NCBI GenBank assembly: GCA_965263035.1
Contig: OZ253580.1
Location: forward strand, 64,001-128,000
Origin: Acidobacteriota bacterium
GTDB taxonomy: Bacteria > Acidobacteriota > UBA6911 > RPQK01 > JAJDTT01
Direction of reading: 5' to 3'
Length of the DNA stretch: 64,000 nucleotides
The notes beneath the pieces are model-generated. The model did not search any database. It was not told where the DNA came from and saw only the letters and a program-made list of their open reading frames with translations. Position 1 is the first letter of the stretch, and every line of letters begins with the position of its first letter. A program made the position numbers and the translations under genes. This document shows positions 61,601-64,000 of the stretch, in pieces.

Positions 61601-64000
61601 TATTGCTGGCCCCGTCCCGGATCGACCCGGTGCCCCGCGACAGGCGGTTCGCCTCGATGCTCACTCCGTCCGGGTCGTTGTCGCCGACCCCCACTGCGTA
61701 TCCGAACCTTACGGCGGCCCCGGTGACGCTTTGGTACTCCGCCGTTCGATCCCCGCCGCCGACGTTCAAGATCAACTGCGGCATCCCCGTCACCACCACC
61801 GTCTCGTCGAAGGTTACGGTCACCTCGATGGTCTCGTCCACGCCGTAGGTTCGATCCGACCCGGCCCTGGAGGTGATCGCCACCGTCTCCACCGTCGGCC
61901 CCGTCGTGTCGCCCGTGCGGTTGGTGACCGACCGGTTGCTCAGGCCGGCCGCATCATTGCCCGCCCGGTCCTGAATCGGATTCGCTCCCGTCCCCGTCGG
62001 CACCGTGTAGCTCACCCGGATCCCCGTCTCTCCATCCTCTGCCGCCGGACTCACCGTCAGCGTTACCGCGCTCCCGTTCACCTGCACCCCGGTGACCGTC
62101 CGCGTCTGGCTGCCCCCGGTCACCATGAAGGCAGCGTTCGCCGGCACCGAAGACTCGTCCAGCACCTCGCTGTAAGCCAGCGACAGCATCGCTCCGTTCG
62201 CCACCGCCCCGTCAGTGGCGGCCAAGCTGGGCCCGACCCCGTCCACCTTCTGCTCCGCATCCGCCTCTACCGCCGGGTGGGTCCGGACGGCGCCGTTCCG
62301 CGCGGTGTCCCGGATCATTCCGCCGGATACGCTGTCCGCCTCGATGCTCACGCCGTCGGTGTCGCTGTCATTGACGACCACCGTGTAGGCGAACAGCACC
62401 TCCGCCCCGGTGACGCTTTCGTAGTTCGCCGATCGATCCCGCTCTCCCACCTTCAGCGTCACCCGGGGCGTCCCGGTCACCGTGACGGTCTCGCTGAAGG
62501 TCACCGTCACCTCGATCTCCTCGCCGATGCCGTAGACGTCCCGGCCGTCCGGGGGATCCGACGTGATCTCCACCGAGGTGACCGTCGGCGGGACCCGGTC
62601 CGGCGTCGCGTTCGTCACCGGCACGCCGCTCAATCCGTCCGCGTCGCTGCCCGCCGGGTCCTGAATCGGAGTCGCTCCCGGTCCCGCCGGGACCGCATAG
62701 ATCAGCCGGATCCCCGTCTCCCAGTGCTGCACTGCGGGAGTCACGGTCAATTCCACCGCACGCCCTCGAATCACGACACCGGAAACCGTGCGCGACCCGG
62801 CACCTCCGAACACGATGAAAGCGCTCGTCGTCGGCACCGAAGACGAGTCCAAAGTCTCGGTATAGGTCAGCGTCAGCGTCGCCGCGTCTACCACCGCCCC
62901 ATTGGTGGCCGCCAACTCCGGCCGGATCCCGTCCACCCTGTGCTGCGACTGGTTCCCCAGCGCCCGATGATCCAGATCGGCCTCGTTGTCCGAGCCGTCG
63001 TTGACCTCTCCTCCGTTGAGCGACAGGCTGTCCGCCGCGATGCTCACTCCGTTGGTGTCGAGGTCACCGGTCCCCACCTGGTAGCGGAACAACACCTCGG
63101 CATCCGTAACGCTCTGGTACTCCGCCGTTCGGTCCTGGTCCCCCACCCTCAGTGTCAACTGCGGCGTCCCCGTCACCACCACCGTCTCATCGAACGTCAC
63201 CGTCACCTCGATCGCCTCGCCGATCGCGTAGGTCCCGTCCGGCCCAGGATCCGAGGTGATCTCGATCATGCTGACCTCCGGCGCCGTCGTGTTTTCGGCG
63301 ATCCTGAGGATCCGGTCCTCGCCACCGCCGTTCGAAGTGGTCACATACAGGGCTCCGTCAGGGCCCATCATCGGGGTCCGCAGGCGACCGAAATCGCCGT
63401 CTAGTTCGGGTACGATGACCTGACTCACGAAGCCGCCGTCCGGAGTGAACTCGAAGAGGCGCAGCTTGCTGTCCCTCAGCGTGGCCACCGCCAGTCGTCC
63501 CTCCCAGACGCCCCAGTGTTCGCCCTCCAGGAAGATGCCCCCGCTGGTGGCCAGGGTCGGTAACCCCGAGGACCACTTGGCCTCGAAAGCGTCGGGGAAC
63601 TTTACTAGATCGGTCATGGGAACCTGTTCGTTGTAGCCGGGCACCGGATCCCAGCCGTAGTTGCGGCCGGCGACCAGCAGGTTGATCTCGTCGTCCTTCG
63701 ACGGTCCGTGCTCCACCGACCACATCTCGCTCGTGCCGGGGCGTAGCGCCAAGCCCTGCACGTTCCTGTGGCCATAGGTGTAGATCCGTGGCGATGAAGC
63801 GAACGGGTTTGTCGTCGCCCCGGCGCCCGTGGATGCGTCGACTCGAAGGACCTTCCCTCCGAGCGAGGTCAGATCCTGCGGAACCGTCCCCGCGGCCGCG
63901 TCGCCAGTCGCGATCCACAGATAGCCCTGCGGTCCGAAACGCAGCCGGCAGCCGCCGTGCCGGCCGCTGCCGGCGGGCAGACCCCCGACCAGGGGATCGG
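52692..64000 (-). CDS. Giant repetitive surface protein (>3760 aa, 5' end outside the window): PQQ sugar dehydrogenase domain, alternating Ig-like/SwmB-like repeats, Calx-beta, cadherin, poly-Pro, FN3, duplicated C-terminal domain
   Basis: Frame stays open from 63761 to the edge (RHGGCRLRFGP..ATGDA..GGKVLRV..YGHRNVQG..DEINL..GRNYGW); DYESPDDANRDGDYEI cadherin; VTLSWEAP..YVFEVRAVN FN3. Confidence 0.92.
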   Translation of the reverse strand, partial: DPLVGGLPAGSGRHGGCRLRFGPQGYLWIATGDAAAGTVPQDLTSLGGKVLRVDASTGAGATTNPFASSPRIYTYGHRNVQGLALRPGTSEMWSVEHGPSKDDEINLLVAGRNYGWDPVPGYNEQVPMTDLVKFPDAFEAKWSSGLPTLATSGGIFLEGEHWGVWEGRLAVATLRDSKLRLFEFTPDGGFVSQVIVPELDGDFGRLRTPMMGPDGALYVTTSNGGGEDRILRIAENTTAPEVSMIEITSDPGPDGTYAIGEAIEVTVTFDETVVVTGTPQLTLRVGDQDRTAEYQSVTDAEVLFRYQVGTGDLDTNGVSIAADSLSLNGGEVNDGSDNEADLDHRALGNQSQHRVDGIRPELAATNGAVVDAATLTLTYTETLDSSSVPTTSAFIVFGGAGSRTVSGVVIRGRAVELTVTPAVQHWETGIRLIYAVPAGPGATPIQDPAGSDADGLSGVPVTNATPDRVPPTVTSVEITSDPPDGRDVYGIGEEIEVTVTFSETVTVTGTPRVTLKVGERDRSANYESVTGAEVLFAYTVVVNDSDTDGVSIEADSVSGGMIRDTARNGAVRTHPAVEADAEQKVDGVGPSLAATDGAVANGAMLSLAYSEVLDESSVPANAAFMVTGGSQTRTVTGVQVNGSAVTLTVSPAAEDGETGIRVSYTVPTGTGANPIQDRAGNDAAGLSNRSVTNRTGDTTGPTVETVAITSRAGSDRTYGVDETIEVTVTFDETVVVTGMPQLILNVGGGDRTAEYQSVTGAAVRFGYAVGVGDNDPDGVSIEANRLSRGTGSIRDGASNNAILDHAAVGDDSEHKVDGVAPGLAPMDRATMNGSTLTLTYDEPLNGSLRPATSAYTVTGGNATRTVTGVQVSGSAVELTVNPAAEHEETGIRVSYQPGSNPIQDVAGNDAGAFTDQGVDNRTPDTTAPALEEIELSSNPGTDQTYAAGDAIEVTVRYDEPVRVVTTQGTPTLDLTVGNRRKAARAGAGPESATVVFVYTVEKGDLDPDGVSIAADRIDLNGGRIEDSAGNLAARSYEALPAQAGHRVDGVEPERESVTVHESRVTLTYDEALDEGSVPLGSDFTVAVAGNDRAVIQVQVSGKKVTLRLASPVAAGEAVTVTYTPGFNPIQDKVGNAAAAFMEEPAEPAPTVTWLLTSYSISENGGSSTVTARLDRVSSEPTTVTVSATPVSPAVAEDFTVSTNQMLTIEAGQTRSTGTVTISANNNDVDAPDKTVQVSGTSTNDQGVTGPSGVTLTIRDDDGTPAVTLELSPDSIGENGESSTVTASLSRASGERTTVTVSATPVSPAAEEDFRLSTNRDLIILAGETDSIGTVTISANDNDVDAPDRTVRVSGRASNDHGVTGPSEKTLTVTDDDDEPVMTLEVGPSTMVEAAGTSTVTVRITNGVTFAADQEIRLSWAGTAAKDTDYTVGTERLTLTLGGSSVTTTLTAVEDELVENDEEILITATHNREAVGTQQTVTITDDDFAPEITTTPPLLVAENETEVETLAATDADGRVEDLEWELAGGADRSKFTLTSDGELAFKTAKDYESPDDANRDGDYEIRVQVTDGFNPVEADFIVRLQDVDDTAPAFSSAVVNGATLTLAYSEELDRFSVPPTGAFTVTGGNQTRTVTGVRVSGSAVELTLDPPMEHGETGIRVSYTVPTGTGANPIQDTGGNAAPGLSNRPVTNQTGDTTGPVVEMVRITSNAGSDGTYAIEDAIEVTVTFNETVVVTGTPQLTLNVGGRNRTASYMSVTGATVKFEHQVVRGDSDRDGVSIEANRLSRGGGTIRDGAQNDAVLEHAAVAADSRHQVDGVPPMLALIDGAVANGTTLTLAYSEPLNSSSRPAASAFSVTGGSQTRTVTRVQVSGNSVLLTLNPAVTDTESGLRLRYQPGDNPIEDTVGNAAEELNNEPVTNNTGDTTGPTVQTVRITSNAGSDQTYAMDDLIEVTVTFDETVVVTAPPRLTLNVGGRSRTANYQDVTGADVRFEYKVVSGDSAAYGVRIDANRLSGGTIRDGAQNNAVLNHAPVAADSQHQVDGVKPTLASSDGAVVNGTTLTLVYGEPMDSSSVPSTDDFTVTGGSETRTVTVVRVDGSAVFLTLSSAVTDGESGLRVNYEPGSNPIQDTAGNDADRLSNRSVTNVTGDTTGPTVEMVRITSSTGSDSTYAVDDSIEVAVTFNETVVVTGTPRLTLSVGGQNRTAEYLSVSGSTVKFEYKVVLSDRDRDGVSIDANSLSRGSGTIRDGARNDATLTHAAVAPDSRHKVDGVKPSLATTDGAVVNGTTLTLAYSEPLNSSSRPAASAFTVTGGNETRTVTRVQVNGNAVLLTLSPAVQDGEFGFRLSYQPGTNPIRDVVGNAAVALSNQSVTNRTGDTTGPTVQTVRITSNAGSDQTYAAGETIEVTVTFDETVLVTGTPRLTLNVGGRSRTANYQDVTGADVRFEYKVVSGDSAAYGVRIEANRLSSGTIRDGAQNNAVLNHAPVAADSSHKVDGVKPVLATSDGTVVNGTTLTLAYGEPLDSSSRPSTDDFTVTGGSETRTVRAVRVDGSAVFLTLSSAVTDGESGLRVNYQPGLNPIQDTAGNDADRLSNRSVANQTGDTTGPTVSTVAITSSAGSDRTYGVDETIEVTVTFDETLVITGTPELTLNVGSRDQTAEYQSVTNRAVKFTYRVVTGDNDEDGVSIEANGLSRSGGMIRDGAQNDATLDHNAVAASSSHKVDAVAPVLALTDPAVVNGATLTLTYNERLNTSSRPATSDFTVAGGNETRTVTRVQVTGSEVRLTVSPAAEYGETGIRVGYESRSNPIQDAIGNDAEAFRDEFVDNRTPDTTAPSIEGIEISSDPGTDETYAVDDMISVTVRYDETVTVDTVRGTPTLDLLVGNQRKRASASVGSARTAVVFVYTVEKGDEDEDGVSVPRGSIALNGGKILDLSDNPAARSYDEVEMQADHKVDASVPGLQSVTVHGSRVALTYDEALDEDSRPARDDFAVTVEGNDRTVIQVRVRGNSVTLTLISPVAAGETVRVSYTPGFDPIQDEVGNAVEALTDQRADPPLVTIEAKQGSETVTEVGPVEFTLTRGPPTEAALTVRLEVTETGSMIETSGGYEPPDEVEFRTGQDTATLEVLTDDDDVAESTSRVTARLQPGDEYRLGPTSTQSARVTVEDNEVSAPPPPPPPPPPPPPPPPPPGPGPGPAPPPAPPPTAPTAPLKLQAEAGDGEVTLSWEAPESDGRSDLTDYEVRIDRTGEWISIGSTDLTVIVTDLRNGQTYVFEVRAVNEVGPSPPSNAVEATPLAEEVVLEFAHFGNGVSGNDVLITSDLVLVNVAEHEIRPVIYFFDRAGDLLEAESVVDVGEDLEVEADGGVSPGTEVAPLGELTISTHGRGEVVTGSVRVVSDGPIGGVVRFDIPGIGVAGVGASEATGDALFPARRQAGGIRTAAAIHNLGTEDVGVQCRLMKNGRVLEEREIKLSANGQDARFIEELFTETDTTDFVGSVRCTVPAGESFTGVAVELDSGNRIFTTLPVVPVGPEGGEEEETTLTFAHFANGTSGDGTLIRSDLVLVNVAASTARPAIYFYDRTGELLEPESMVEVGEDLVVREDGSLTLRTAMARLGERTISTHGRGEVVTGSVRVVANGPLGGVLRFDIPGVGVAGVGVSQPTSDALFPARRQAGGIRTAAAIRNLGAERTTVRCWLMRGGEELEWVDIPLNGRAQDARFIEEVFARTETRDFVGSVRCTALGEEMFTGVAVELDTGNRIFTTLPVVPVQDMTSRE

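Noticed and set aside
52692-64000. Diversity-generating retroelement TR/VR among the giant-gene repeats
   Set aside because: No RT in the window, and the repeat differences do not appear adenine-specific

Overview
GC-rich bacterial accessory region. Gene content (three PSD1/DUF1549/DUF1553 cytochrome c + DUF1501 pairs, an acidobacterial-type VWA protein, and a giant SwmB/Calx-beta/cadherin/FN3 surface protein) suggests an Acidobacteria- or PVC-like organism, possibly host-associated; this is inference only. It carries five full-length IS elements whose ends I could read (IS4 with a DUF4338-like N-terminus, IS110, IS1634, and IS1380 nested in IS630), three MITE copies, an ORF-less group IIC intron, four toxin-antitoxin pairs, tRNA-Lys(TTT), catabolic and transport genes, and decayed relics. 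The main observation is that one short REP-like hairpin family (CGGCGG-loop-CCGCCGCTCC) is the landing site for four unrelated mobile elements. An IS110 has bridge-RNA guides that can be read from the sequence and match the repeat. An ORF-less IIC intron has a putative EBS1 matching the same spot. An IS1634 and a 159-bp MITE sit at the CTAG in the hairpin loop. All family assignments come from motif recognition by eye, not database searches.
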